From contig CALVRZ010000001.1 of the NCBI GenBank assembly GCA_944358875.1, forward strand, positions 20,214 through 84,213: a DNA stretch of 64,000 bases. The letters are read 5' to 3'. The notes under the pieces are model-generated. The model had not been told where the DNA came from. It saw only the letters and a list, made by a program, of their open reading frames with translations, and ran no database searches. Of the stretch, positions 28,832 to 39,012 are shown piece after piece; positions within the stretch are counted from its first letter, which is position 1, and each line of letters begins with the position of its first letter. This stretch comes from an uncultured Bacilli bacterium. Its GTDB lineage: Bacteria > Bacillota_I > Bacilli_A > RF39 > UBA660. A program made the position numbers and the translations under genes.

Positions 28832-29827
28832 ATGATGATGAGCAAAGAAAATATTGATCTTTATATTGATCCTAGAGTAGAAGTAGTGTTAAAAACGATT
28901 GCCTATACAAATAAAATGAATGAAAAACTTAGTTTAAAAAAACAAAAATATTATCAAAGAAAATTTTGGAATAAAATGAAAACTTTAGGTAATGATAAAA
29001 ATAACTTATATAATATAAACAATCAAGTTGAAGAATATTTTGGTTGGTATTATATTCATATGATTAAAAATAGATATGATTATGGGGTTGAAAAAAGTTA
29101 TTTGAAAGAAATAATAGATTTATTTTATAAACTTGTTAATTTTTATAGTATAAAATATCCTTTAGATAATAAAGGTGTAGTAGTTAATAAGGAAATATTT
29201 GATTTTCTTACTGATAGAGAAAAGAAATTATTGATACCTAAGTTTAGAAATAATGCTGTTATTCATATAAACGATGATACTAAGTTAGTATTTGATTTAA
29301 AGAACGATAGTCAGATTGGGTATGTTAAAGTGGTAGGTAAAGATATTGATACTAGTATATTTTATAATAAAGATGAAAGAAGATATTTGTTCTTAGATGA
29401 AGCAATTGAAATGATGATAGATAAAAAGATAGTATCAAGTAATAATCATGATGTAAAAAATAGATTAAAAGAACTTGATTATTTTGATAATGCTAATTAC
29501 AGTAGGGATATGTTATTGTATTTAGTGGGTAAAAAGTTATTTTATAATGGTGGTAATAAAAGAGATGCATCATTTTATAGAACTTTAATTTTATATGGTG
29601 ATTTTATTATGGATGATGATATTATTTCTGATTTTATTAGAGAGACAGCATCTTATTTATCTATTGATATTTTAAATAATATGAAGGTATTGTATGATAG
29701 ATTAGATTGGAAAACTAAAGAATGTATTGATAAGGCTCTTTTAGAAAAAGAACGAAAAGAATTAGGAAAGCGATTAGTTAGGGATTTAAAAGTAATTAGA
29801 GATAGAAAATTAGAAAATAATAGTTAG
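28832..29827 (+). CDS. Hypothetical protein (331 aa), AT-rich, at the edge of the repeat-bounded region
   Basis: RBS GGGAGAAAGGAAGAG. No assignable motifs. Confidence 0.45.
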   Translation: MMMSKENIDLYIDPRVEVVLKTIAYTNKMNEKLSLKKQKYYQRKFWNKMKTLGNDKNNLYNINNQVEEYFGWYYIHMIKNRYDYGVEKSYLKEIIDLFYKLVNFYSIKYPLDNKGVVVNKEIFDFLTDREKKLLIPKFRNNAVIHINDDTKLVFDLKNDSQIGYVKVVGKDIDTSIFYNKDERRYLFLDEAIEMMIDKKIVSSNNHDVKNRLKELDYFDNANYSRDMLLYLVGKKLFYNGGNKRDASFYRTLILYGDFIMDDDIISDFIRETASYLSIDILNNMKVLYDRLDWKTKECIDKALLEKERKELGKRLVRDLKVIRDRKLENNS

Positions 29828-30155
29828 AAATAAAATGATACTAAAGATGATTTTAGTATCATTTTTGTTACTATATGATGGTATTAATAATGTTTGACTA
29901 ATATAAAGATTATTATATATATAATTTTCATATATAGTACTCATATTGTATATTATATATTGTAAAAGGTAAATATAATATTTATTTTATGTGAAAAAAC
30001 GTGAAAAATCATTGAATTTATTAGTTATTTATGGTAAGATAATTATGGCTTTTCAAAAAATATTCATGAATATTGATTTAAAATGTCTAGTGCCTAGTTG
30101 GTGATGTTTTAAAGAAGAAATATTCAGAAGCAAAACAAAAGGAGGAAGATAATTT

Positions 30156-31160
30156 ATGGCAGTAGTATCTATGAGCTACTTATTAGAAGCTGGAGTTCAT
30201 TTTGGTCATCAGACAAAAAGATGGAATCCAAAAATGAAAGAGTATATCTACAACTCTCGTGACGATATTTATATTATCGATTTACAAAAAACAGTAGAAA
30301 AAATGGAAGAGGCATATCAAGCTTTAAACAAAATAGCTAGTGAAGGTGGAAAAGTACTATTTGTTGGTACAAAGAAACAAGCTCAGGAAGTTTGTAAAGA
30401 AGAAGCTATTCGTTCTTCAATGTATTATATGACTGAACGTTGGTTAGGTGGAACACTTACTAACTTTAAGACAATTAGAAGAAGAGTTAATCGTCTTGCT
30501 GAAATTGAAAAAATGGAAGCTGATGGTACTTTTGATAAATTACCTAAGAAAGAAGTTATTGGTTTAAAGAAAGAATATGACAAATTAAATAAGAATTTAT
30601 GTGGTATTAGAGAAATGACTAAATTACCACAAGCACTTATTATTGTTGATTCAATTAAGGAAGAAAATGCAATTAGAGAAGCTAAGAAATTAGGTATTCC
30701 TGTATTTGGAATTATTGATACTAATTGTGATCCTGATATGGTTGATTATGTTATTCCTGGTAATGATGATGCTGTTAGAGCAGTTAAAGTTGTTTTAGGT
30801 GCTTTAACAAATGCTATTGTTGAAGCTAATGGAGGCACATTAGTTGATTATGTAACAGAAGATGATGCTAAAAAACAAATGCGTTTTGAAAAGAATAACG
30901 ATAAGAAAGTTAACAATGATAAAAAAGGAAAAAACTTTAAAGAAAAAAGACAAGAAAAAGTTGAAGTAAAAGAAGAGCCTAAAAAAGAAGAAGTAAAGGT
31001 TCAAGAAAAGAAAGAAGAAAAGCCAGAAGTAACCAAAAAAGAAACAAAAATTGATTTAAGTATTTTAACTGTTGCTGAATTAAGAGATTTAGCTAAGAAA
31101 AAAGAAATCAAAGGTTACTCAAAAATGAAAAAAGATGAATTAATCGAAAATTTAAAATAA
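30156..31160 (+). CDS. rpsB: 30S ribosomal protein S2 with an ~85-aa Lys/Glu-rich C-terminal extension ending in a Rho-N/SAP-like helix-extended motif
   Basis: [19 protein letters not shown] and the S2 core. Tail ...[31 protein letters not shown]. Confidence 0.9.
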   Translation: MAVVSMSYLLEAGVHFGHQTKRWNPKMKEYIYNSRDDIYIIDLQKTVEKMEEAYQALNKIASEGGKVLFVGTKKQAQEVCKEEAIRSSMYYMTERWLGGTLTNFKTIRRRVNRLAEIEKMEADGTFDKLPKKEVIGLKKEYDKLNKNLCGIREMTKLPQALIIVDSIKEENAIREAKKLGIPVFGIIDTNCDPDMVDYVIPGNDDAVRAVKVVLGALTNAIVEANGGTLVDYVTEDDAKKQMRFEKNNDKKVNNDKKGKNFKEKRQEKVEVKEEPKKEEVKVQEKKEEKPEVTKKETKIDLSILTVAELRDLAKKKEIKGYSKMKKDELIENLK

Positions 31161-31183
31161 AAACTAGGAAAGGAGATAAGAAA

Positions 31184-32056
31184 ATGATTAGTGCTAGCAT
31201 GGTAAAAGAGTTGAGAGAAACAACTGGAGCAGGAATGTTAGATTGTAAAAAAGCTTTAGAAGAAACTAATGGTAATATTGAAGAAGCTATTACTTGGTTA
31301 AGAGAAAAAGGAATTAGTAAAGCTGCTAAAAAAGCAACAAGAATTGCGGCAGAAGGATTAGCTTTTGCTAAAGAAAAAGATAACAAAGCTGTTATTGTTG
31401 AAGTTAATTCTGAAACAGATTTTGTTGCTAAAAATGAAGAATTTAAAAACTTAGTTAATTTAATCGCAGATACTTTACTAGAAAATGAAGTTAGTAATGT
31501 TGAAGAAGCTTTAAAATTAACTATGGATGGCAAGACAATCCAAGATATTATTACAGAAAAAGTTGCTACAATTGGTGAAAAACTATCATTTAGACGTTTT
31601 AAAGTTTTAACTAAAAACGATAATGAAGTTTTTGGTATATATTCACACATGGGTGGTAAAATTGTAACAGTTGTAGTTATGGAAAGTAATGATTGCGAAC
31701 TTGCTAAGGATATTGCTATGCAAATTGCAGCGATGCATCCTTTATATTTAACTAAAGAAGAAGTTCCTAGTGAAGCAGTCGATAAAGAAAGAACTATTCT
31801 AACTGAACAAGCTGAAAATGAAGGACTTGATCCTAATAAAATTCCAATGATTGTCAATGGTCGTTTGAATAAATATTATGAAGAAATTTGTTTGTTAGAT
31901 CAAGGCTTTATTAAAGAAAATAAGATGAAAGTATCTAAATATGTAGAAAGTAAGAATAGTAAAATTATTAAATTTGTTCGTTATGAAGTAGGAGAAGGTA
32001 TGGAAAAGAAAGAAGAAGACTTTGCTTCTGAAGTAATGAAACAAATTAATGGATAA
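31184..32056 (+). CDS. tsf: Elongation factor Ts
   Basis: ISASMVKELRETTGAGMLDCKKAL UBA-like N-terminus and EF-Ts dimerisation core. Confidence 0.9.
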   Translation: MISASMVKELRETTGAGMLDCKKALEETNGNIEEAITWLREKGISKAAKKATRIAAEGLAFAKEKDNKAVIVEVNSETDFVAKNEEFKNLVNLIADTLLENEVSNVEEALKLTMDGKTIQDIITEKVATIGEKLSFRRFKVLTKNDNEVFGIYSHMGGKIVTVVVMESNDCELAKDIAMQIAAMHPLYLTKEEVPSEAVDKERTILTEQAENEGLDPNKIPMIVNGRLNKYYEEICLLDQGFIKENKMKVSKYVESKNSKIIKFVRYEVGEGMEKKEEDFASEVMKQING

Positions 32057-32061
32057 TGAAA

Positions 32062-32092
32062 GAAGACCTAGTTTATGGGTCTTTTTTGTGTT
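32062..32092 (+). terminator. Terminator after tsf (AGACCTA-GTTTA-TGGGTCT + T-run)
   Basis: Stem followed by a T-run. Confidence 0.55.
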
Positions 32093-32153
32093 ATAACGTC
32101 AAAAAAAAGTAGATAGTTGCTTTTTCTTTAATATTATGGTAGTTTATAGTTAG

Positions 32154-32948
32154 GTGTTAATGATGCGATTTAAAAAGGTATATATTGAAATAACTAATAG
32201 ATGTAATTTGAATTGTTCTTTTTGTAAGAATAATTCTAGATATAAAGAAGATATGTCTTTAAATAAATTTGAAATTGTTTTAAAGAAAATTAAGAAATAT
32301 ACTGATTATATATATTTACATGTTAAAGGTGAACCTTTATTACATAGTAATTTAGATGGGATACTTAATTTATGTAATAGATATAATATGAAAGTTAATA
32401 TTACGACGAATGGGGTATTATTACTTGATAAGATTAATGTTATTAAGAAATATAACAATATTAGACAAATTAATATTTCTTTACATAGTGAAAATAATAA
32501 GAGTAATTATTTAGATGATATACTTAAAGCAGTGGAATTAATTCCCAATATTTATATTAGTTATAGATTTTGGACTAATAATGATTTATTAAATAAATTA
32601 AAAGAATATTATAATTATAATAGTAGTAATGGTAATAAATTAAGTGATAAGAGATTTCTTAGTTTTGATAAAAAATTTATATGGCCTGATATAAATAATG
32701 ATTATTATAAAGAAAAGGGTTATTGTCATGGGCTTAAAAGTCATATTGGTATATTAGTAGATGGTAGTATAGTTATTTGTTGTTTAGATACGAATGGTGA
32801 TACAAAGATAGGTAATATATTTACAGATAATATTGATGATATTTTGAATAGTGATATGGTTAATAAAATTATAGATGGATTTAATAATAGATGTGTTTAT
32901 TTTGAATTGTGTAAGCATTGTTCTTACAAGGAGAAATTTGATAAATAA
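32154..32948 (+). CDS. Small radical SAM protein with a Cys-rich C-terminal (SPASM/twitch-like) region
   Basis: CNLNCSFC (CxxxCxxC), ITTNG, and C-terminal CHG...ICCLD...C...C...CKHCSY. Confidence 0.55.
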   Translation: MLMMRFKKVYIEITNRCNLNCSFCKNNSRYKEDMSLNKFEIVLKKIKKYTDYIYLHVKGEPLLHSNLDGILNLCNRYNMKVNITTNGVLLLDKINVIKKYNNIRQINISLHSENNKSNYLDDILKAVELIPNIYISYRFWTNNDLLNKLKEYYNYNSSNGNKLSDKRFLSFDKKFIWPDINNDYYKEKGYCHGLKSHIGILVDGSIVICCLDTNGDTKIGNIFTDNIDDILNSDMVNKIIDGFNNRCVYFELCKHCSYKEKFDK

Positions 32949-32954
32949 TTTATC

Positions 32955-33121
32955 GTTACTATTCACAGCTAAATTCGACAATTAATTTCTTTATTTTAAG
33001 GACTTTATTGTATTTTTGAGTTTATAAATATGTGTAATAGCAAGTATTCACAGCCTATTTTTATCCAAATTTTAAATTTAAAGTACTATAAATTAAAGGG
33101 CAAAAGGCTGTGAATAGTAAC
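32955..33121. mobile_element. MITE-like 167-bp element, copy 2, flanked by 8-bp direct repeat AATTTATC
   Basis: Same 15-bp TIRs and >95% identical interior to copy 1. Confidence 0.8.
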
Positions 33122-33205
33122 AATTTATCTGGAAATATAATAAATAAATATTTCTTTTTTATTTTGATTATGATATAATTAATTTATAGAATAAAGGGTG
33201 ATTAT

Positions 33206-35575
33206 ATGGCTAGTAATAGTTTAGCTTCGTATTTTATTAATGATAGGAAAGATTTAATAGGAAGAAAAGATTGTACAATTATAGGTAAGAAATATCGTTT
33301 TACAGTTCTTACTGATAGTTTAATTCGTCTTGAATATAGTCCTAATGGGGTATTTGAAGATAGGCCTACACAAAGAGTTATTTTTCGTAATTTTGAAAGA
33401 CCTTTGTATGTAGCTACTGAGACTGATTTATTACTTCAAATTCAAACCAAATATTTTGTATTGGACTATGTTAAAAATCATAATTTTGATAGTGGTCGCT
33501 TAACGCCTGGTTCTAATTTAAAAGTGTTATTAAAAGATACTAACCATGAGTGGTATTATGGTCATCCTGAAGCTAGAAATCTAGGGGGAACTAATTTTTC
33601 TTTAGATAAGTTAGTTAAAGAGTTAAAACTTAATCCAGGACTTTATTCTAGTGATGGTTTTGCGGTAGTAGATGATTCTAATTCTTATGTTTTAAATGAG
33701 AACGATGAATATATTCCTAGAGAAAATCCGGAAATTGATCTATACTTATTTATGTATAAAAGGGACTTTGGTAAATGTTTACAGGATTATTATAGACTTA
33801 CGGGATATCCTTCCATGATACCTAGGTATGCTTTAGGTAATTGGTGGTATAAGGATACACAATATACAACGAAAGATATTATTGATGTAGTTAATCATTT
33901 TGCTAAATTAGAGATTCCTTTAAATAATATATTACTTGGTAGTAAATGGCATAATAATGTTGATAAGTTTGATTTTGATACTAGTATTATTAATCCTAAT
34001 GAACTAGTTAATTTTCTTAGAAGTAGGAAGATTAAACTAGGAGTTACAATTGATCCTACTAGTACTATTACTACTGAGTCAAAAAGATTTGGAGAATTAG
34101 CTAAGTATGTAGGTAATAATAATAATTTTTGTCTTTTACCTTTAACGACACAGAAGATCAATGTTTATCTTAGTTTATTTGTTCGTAATTTAATGGCTAT
34201 AGGTGTCGACTTTTTCTATATTGATTATGATAATATTAAAGATAGAGAGAATTTATGGTTATTTAATCATTATCATTATGTAAGTAATTCTTTTTTACTT
34301 AAAAGAAGAGGTATGGTAATGTCTAGAAATACGATGATGGCAACTCATCGTTATCCAATATTGTATTCTGGTAAGACAAGAGTTTCTTGGGATACTTTAG
34401 CTAATTTGCCTTTTTATAATTCTAGTGCTTCTAACATGGGAATTAGTTATTGGGCTCATGCCATCGGAGGTTTTGAAAAGGGAATTGAAGATAGTGAACT
34501 ATATGTTAGATATATTGAGTTTGGTACTTTTAGTCCTATATTTATTTTAGCTAGTGCTGATGGTAAATATTATAAGAGAGAACCCTGGAAATGGAATGAA
34601 ATTAGATTAGCTATGGTAACTAGATTTATGCAACTTAGACTCAAACTTATTCCATATTTATATAATGAATGCTATAATTATCACAAGAATGGTTTGCCTA
34701 TTATTCAACCTTTATATTATAAATATCCTAAGATAGTCGATGAACCACAATACAAGAACCAATATTTCTTTGGTAGTCAGATGTTAGTTGCCCCAATTAC
34801 GGCTAGAAAAAATTATATTATGAATAGAGCTATTTTAAAAGTTTTTATTCCAGATGGGGTATGGTATGATTTCTTGACAGGTAAGAAATATCCGGGTCCT
34901 AATTATTATATGAGTTTTTATCGGGATGCTGAATATCCGGTTTTCTGTAAAGCAGGAGCTATTATTCCTTTATCTTTAGATGAAGGAACGGATGTTCCTT
35001 TGAATATGGAGATTCAAATATTTCCTGGGGCTAGTAATATTTATAGGCTATTTGAGGATGATGGTATTACGGATAATTTTAAACAAGGTAATTATTATAT
35101 AACACAATTTGATTACCATTACCAAGAGAATGGTACTACTTTGATTGTTCAAAATATTGAGGGTAATGGTTTTGGAATTAAAAGTCGTAATTATAGATTT
35201 AGATTTAGAAACGTGTTACTTCCTAGTATGTTAGGAACTTACATCGATAAGAAACAAGTAGCTAATCGTTGTTATATCGATGAAAATGATTTTATTGTTG
35301 AACTTACTGATGTACCAATTAAAAGTGAAATTATTATTAATTTTACGGGAGCTAGTGAAGTGGCTGCAACATCCGTGATTAATGAAGAGATTGCCGGTAT
35401 TTTGGATGACTTGGAAATTGAAACATTACTTAAAGAGAAAATTGATGCAATTTTATTTAGTGATATGGAGATTAAAAAGAAAAGAATTGAGATTAAAAAG
35501 CTACGGAAATTCGGTTTAGAAGCAAAATTTGAAAAAATGTTTATTAATTTACTTGAGTATATTCAAGAGGTGTAG
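33206..35575 (+). CDS. Glycoside hydrolase, probably family 31-like (alpha-glucosidase/xylosidase fold), cytoplasmic
   Basis: TGYPSMIPRYALGNWWYK followed by a ...GVDFFYIDYDN segment in the position of the GH31 WiDMNE region. No signal peptide. Confidence 0.45.
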   Translation: MASNSLASYFINDRKDLIGRKDCTIIGKKYRFTVLTDSLIRLEYSPNGVFEDRPTQRVIFRNFERPLYVATETDLLLQIQTKYFVLDYVKNHNFDSGRLTPGSNLKVLLKDTNHEWYYGHPEARNLGGTNFSLDKLVKELKLNPGLYSSDGFAVVDDSNSYVLNENDEYIPRENPEIDLYLFMYKRDFGKCLQDYYRLTGYPSMIPRYALGNWWYKDTQYTTKDIIDVVNHFAKLEIPLNNILLGSKWHNNVDKFDFDTSIINPNELVNFLRSRKIKLGVTIDPTSTITTESKRFGELAKYVGNNNNFCLLPLTTQKINVYLSLFVRNLMAIGVDFFYIDYDNIKDRENLWLFNHYHYVSNSFLLKRRGMVMSRNTMMATHRYPILYSGKTRVSWDTLANLPFYNSSASNMGISYWAHAIGGFEKGIEDSELYVRYIEFGTFSPIFILASADGKYYKREPWKWNEIRLAMVTRFMQLRLKLIPYLYNECYNYHKNGLPIIQPLYYKYPKIVDEPQYKNQYFFGSQMLVAPITARKNYIMNRAILKVFIPDGVWYDFLTGKKYPGPNYYMSFYRDAEYPVFCKAGAIIPLSLDEGTDVPLNMEIQIFPGASNIYRLFEDDGITDNFKQGNYYITQFDYHYQENGTTLIVQNIEGNGFGIKSRNYRFRFRNVLLPSMLGTYIDKKQVANRCYIDENDFIVELTDVPIKSEIIINFTGASEVAATSVINEEIAGILDDLEIETLLKEKIDAILFSDMEIKKKRIEIKKLRKFGLEAKFEKMFINLLEYIQEV

Positions 35576-35594
35576 TATAATACATTTAAAGCGT

Positions 35595-35785
35595 TTGATG
35601 AAGGAGTAGTAGTAATCTTCTTAATTTTAGAGAGTAAGTGGATGGTGGGAACTTATATTAAGAGATTATGAACTTGCCTTTGGAGTGTCTTTAGACCGGG
35701 TAATGCCGTTATACGTAAGTAAGTAATAAGGTAGGATGGTACCGCGTAAGAAACGCTCCTAGAATAGGGGTGTTTTTATTTGGAA
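35595..35785 (+). promoter_or_regulatory. T-box-like leader (tRNA-sensing riboswitch) upstream of leuS
   Basis: Conserved T-box-like element GGATGGTACCGCG at 35734-35746, a stem I-like AGAGAG...GGTGGGAAC region, and a terminator-like stem with T-run at 35750-35780. Possible Leu specifier CUU in GAACUUGCC. Confidence 0.5.
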
Positions 35786-35797
35786 GGAGGAAAATAG

Positions 35798-36139
35798 GTG
35801 AGATATGTATTTGAATATGTGATTGTTTTTCTCTTGGTATTTGTTATTAATTATTTCTTATTTATTAGAAAGAAAAAGAGATATAATAAGAAGAAGGTAC
35901 CAGTAGAGTTAGCTTATTTACTCTTAGTATATAAGATAGATGTTAAAAAGATTAATTATAAGAGATTTGTATGGATATATTCTTTAGTTAATACTTTTAT
36001 TGTTAGTACGGTCTATATGATTGTTATGTATTTAGTCGAGGGTATTGTATGGCAGTTAATCGTCGGTATTATACTTCTTATCTTACTTACAATTATATGT
36101 TATGGCATTATGGGAAGAGTTTATGAAAGGAAGGAATAG
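35798..36139 (+). CDS. Small membrane protein (3 TM, GTG start) between the T-box leader and leuS
   Basis: RBS GGAAGGAGG 7 nt upstream of GTG. Three hydrophobic segments. Confidence 0.4.
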   Translation: MRYVFEYVIVFLLVFVINYFLFIRKKKRYNKKKVPVELAYLLLVYKIDVKKINYKRFVWIYSLVNTFIVSTVYMIVMYLVEGIVWQLIVGIILLILLTIICYGIMGRVYERKE

Positions 36140-36141
36140 TT

Positions 36142-38544
36142 ATGTATAATTTTAAAGAAATTGAAAGTAAATGGCAAAATTATTGGAAAGAACATGAGTG
36201 TTTTAAAGCAAGTGATGATTTTAGTAAGAAGAAATGGTATGGTCTAGTTGAATTTCCTTATCCAAGTGGAGCAGGGATGCATGTTGGTCATATTAAGGCT
36301 TATTCAGGATTAGAGGTTATTGCTAGAAAGAGAAGAATGGAAGGATATAATGTTTTATTTCCTATTGGTTTTGATGCTTTTGGTCTTCCAACGGAAAACT
36401 ATGCGATTAAGACCAATATTCATCCGCGAAAAGTTACGGATAAGAATATTGAAACTTTTACTAATCAGTTGAATAGAACCGGTTTTTCCTTTGATATGAG
36501 TAGAGTTATTGATACGACAGATAGTAATTATTATAAGTGGACCCAATGGATCTTTCTTAAGATGTTTGAAAAAGGATTAGCTTTTAAGGATAAGACGTTA
36601 GTTAATTATTGTCCTTCTTGTAAGGTTGTTTTATCTAATGAGGATTCACAAGGTGGTAAGTGTGATATTTGTCATAATCAAGTTATTCAGAAGGAAAAAG
36701 AGGTATGGTATTTAAGAATTACGGAATATGCTGATAAGTTACTTGAAGGATTAAAGGAAGTTGATTATTTACCTAATATTAAATTACAACAAGAAAACTG
36801 GATTGGAAAGTCAAAGGGAGCTTTTGTTAGATTTAAAGTAAAAGAAGTAAATGATGAATTTAAGATTTATACAACAAGACCAGATACTTTATTTGGTGTT
36901 ACTTTCATGGTAATGGCCCCTGAACATCCGATTATTGATAAGTATAAGGATAAAATTAGTAATTTTGATGAAATTATTAGTTACCGCAAAGAAGCTCAGA
37001 AGAAAACAGAATTTGAAAGAACCCAACTTGTTAAGGATAAGACAGGAGTTAAAATTGAAGGATTTACGGCAATTAATCCGGTGAACGAGAAAGAAATACC
37101 TATTTATATATCTGATTATGTTATGATGGGATATGGTACAGGGGCTATTATGGCGGTTCCGGCCCATGATGAACGTGATTATGATTTTGCTAAGAAATTT
37201 GGTATTGATATTATCCCTGTAATTGAGGGAGGAGATATTACTAAGGAAGCTTATACCGGCGATGGTAATATGATTAATTCGGATTTCTTAAATGGGATGA
37301 CTAATAAGAAGGATTCTATTACGAAGATGATTAGTTATCTTGAAGATAAGGGTATTGGTGAAAGTGCTGTTCAATATAAGATGAAAGATTGGGCTTTTAA
37401 TCGGCAAAGATATTGGGGAGAACCTATTCCTATTATTTATTGTGAACATTGTGGTATGGTTCCTGTTCCTTATGATGAGTTACCTCTTAAATTGCCAGAA
37501 ATGGATAATTTTGAACCGGGTACAGATGGAGAAAGTCCACTAGCGAAGATCGATAGTTTTGTTAATTGTAAGTGTCCTAAATGTGGTAGAGATGCGAAAA
37601 GAGAAACGGATACGATGCCTCAGTGGGCGGGATCTAGTTGGTATTATTTAAGGTATATTGATCCACATAATGATAATGAACTTGCTAGTATGGATAAACT
37701 TAAGTATTGGTTGCCAGTCGACTGGTATAATGGTGGTATGGAACATGTTACAAGACATCTTATTTATTCTAGATTTTGGCATCGTTTCTTATATGATATT
37801 GGGGTAGTTCCAACGAAAGAACCTTATGCTAAGAGAACAGCGCAAGGCTTAGTTTTAGGACCTGATGGGGATAAGATGAGTAAGAGTAAGGGAAATGTTG
37901 TCGATCCTAATCAGATTATTGATGTGTATGGTGCTGATGTTCTTAGAACTTATATCTTATTTATGGGTGAATATGGCTTAGAAAGTCCATGGAATGATAA
38001 TGCGATTAAGGGTGTTAGTAGATTTTTGGATAAGGTATATAATTTACATGATAAGGTTATCAGTGGGGATAATTATACTAATGAACTAGAAGTTATGATT
38101 AATAAGACGATTAAAAAAGTTAGCGAAGATTATGAAAATATGAAATATAATACGGCGATATCAGAACTTATGAAATTAACTAATGCTTTTGCTAATAGTG
38201 AGAAGATAACAAAAGCTGATTATCTAGTTTTAATAAAACTTTTAAATCCGGTTGCACCTCATTTGGCGGAAGAACTTAATAGTTTAATAGGAAATAAGGA
38301 AACATTAGTATTTGCTAGTTTTCCAACTTACGATGATGAAAAAATTGTCGATGATGTGTTAGAGATTGCCGTTCAAGTTAATGGTAAACTTAGAGATTCA
38401 ATTAAGGTTAAGAAAGATGAAGATAAGAAAGTTGTCGAAGAAACGGCCCTTGCTTCTGTTAATGTTAAAAGACATATTGAAGGTAAGGAAATAGTTAAAG
38501 TAATCGTCGTACCTAATCGTATTGTTAATATTGTTGTTAAGTAA
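36142..38544 (+). CDS. leuS: Leucine--tRNA ligase
   Basis: HVGHIKAY (HIGH), KMSKS, and the CP1 editing domain. Confidence 0.95.
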   Translation: MYNFKEIESKWQNYWKEHECFKASDDFSKKKWYGLVEFPYPSGAGMHVGHIKAYSGLEVIARKRRMEGYNVLFPIGFDAFGLPTENYAIKTNIHPRKVTDKNIETFTNQLNRTGFSFDMSRVIDTTDSNYYKWTQWIFLKMFEKGLAFKDKTLVNYCPSCKVVLSNEDSQGGKCDICHNQVIQKEKEVWYLRITEYADKLLEGLKEVDYLPNIKLQQENWIGKSKGAFVRFKVKEVNDEFKIYTTRPDTLFGVTFMVMAPEHPIIDKYKDKISNFDEIISYRKEAQKKTEFERTQLVKDKTGVKIEGFTAINPVNEKEIPIYISDYVMMGYGTGAIMAVPAHDERDYDFAKKFGIDIIPVIEGGDITKEAYTGDGNMINSDFLNGMTNKKDSITKMISYLEDKGIGESAVQYKMKDWAFNRQRYWGEPIPIIYCEHCGMVPVPYDELPLKLPEMDNFEPGTDGESPLAKIDSFVNCKCPKCGRDAKRETDTMPQWAGSSWYYLRYIDPHNDNELASMDKLKYWLPVDWYNGGMEHVTRHLIYSRFWHRFLYDIGVVPTKEPYAKRTAQGLVLGPDGDKMSKSKGNVVDPNQIIDVYGADVLRTYILFMGEYGLESPWNDNAIKGVSRFLDKVYNLHDKVISGDNYTNELEVMINKTIKKVSEDYENMKYNTAISELMKLTNAFANSEKITKADYLVLIKLLNPVAPHLAEELNSLIGNKETLVFASFPTYDDEKIVDDVLEIAVQVNGKLRDSIKVKKDEDKKVVEETALASVNVKRHIEGKEIVKVIVVPNRIVNIVVK

Positions 38545-38548
38545 TTTA

Positions 38549-38582
38549 GAAAAAGAGAACTTGGTAATGGTTCTCTTTTGAT
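38549..38582 (+). terminator. Terminator after leuS (AGAGAAC-TTGGTAATG-GTTCTCT + T-run)
   Basis: 7-bp perfect stem. Confidence 0.6.
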
Positions 38583-38683
38583 GTTTTAAATAAAAATAAA
38601 GTGATTTTGTATAGTTTGTGTAAACATACTTGTATTTTTGATTTTGATGTTGTATCCTAATAATAGGAAAGGGAGTGTGATAT

Positions 38684-38887
38684 ATGATTTATCCATCTAT
38701 TGATAAAATTTTAAATATTGTTGATTCAAAGTATGCTCTTGTCTATATTGTATCAGATCGGAGTAAACAAATGACGAAGACGGGGTACTATCAAATGCCA
38801 ATTCAGAACTATAAGTCTTCTAAGAATATTGGGAGAGCTTTAGAAGAGGTGTATGAGGGTTTAATTCATGTTAATAAGAAAATGTAA
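38684..38887 (+). CDS. rpoZ: DNA-directed RNA polymerase subunit omega
   Basis: MIYPSIDKILNIVDSKYALVYIVSDRSKQM matches the Firmicutes RpoZ N-terminus (M-L-YPSID-LL--VDSKY-LV). Confidence 0.65.
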   Translation: MIYPSIDKILNIVDSKYALVYIVSDRSKQMTKTGYYQMPIQNYKSSKNIGRALEEVYEGLIHVNKKM

Positions 38888-39012
38888 TGATCATTTTCTT
38901 TTTTTTGACACTTTTTTGTAAAATAGGAATATAATATTATGGGAAAATGTGTGAAAGAAAGTACATAAAAAAAATATTGTGATACAATAGTTGCGTGAAG
39001 GAGGGGATTTGT

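Noticed and set aside
31108-31857. 249-aa minus-strand ORF overlapping tsf
   Set aside because: Ser/Leu/Ile-rich low-complexity translation of the antisense strand of a well-supported EF-Ts gene. No RBS. Artefact of AT-rich codon bias.
33206-35575. Calling the 789-aa protein a specific alpha-glucosidase or alpha-xylosidase
   Set aside because: Only the N-terminal GH31-like stretch is recognisable and the WiDMNE-type catalytic motif is divergent (YIDYDN). Left as a family-level, low-confidence call.
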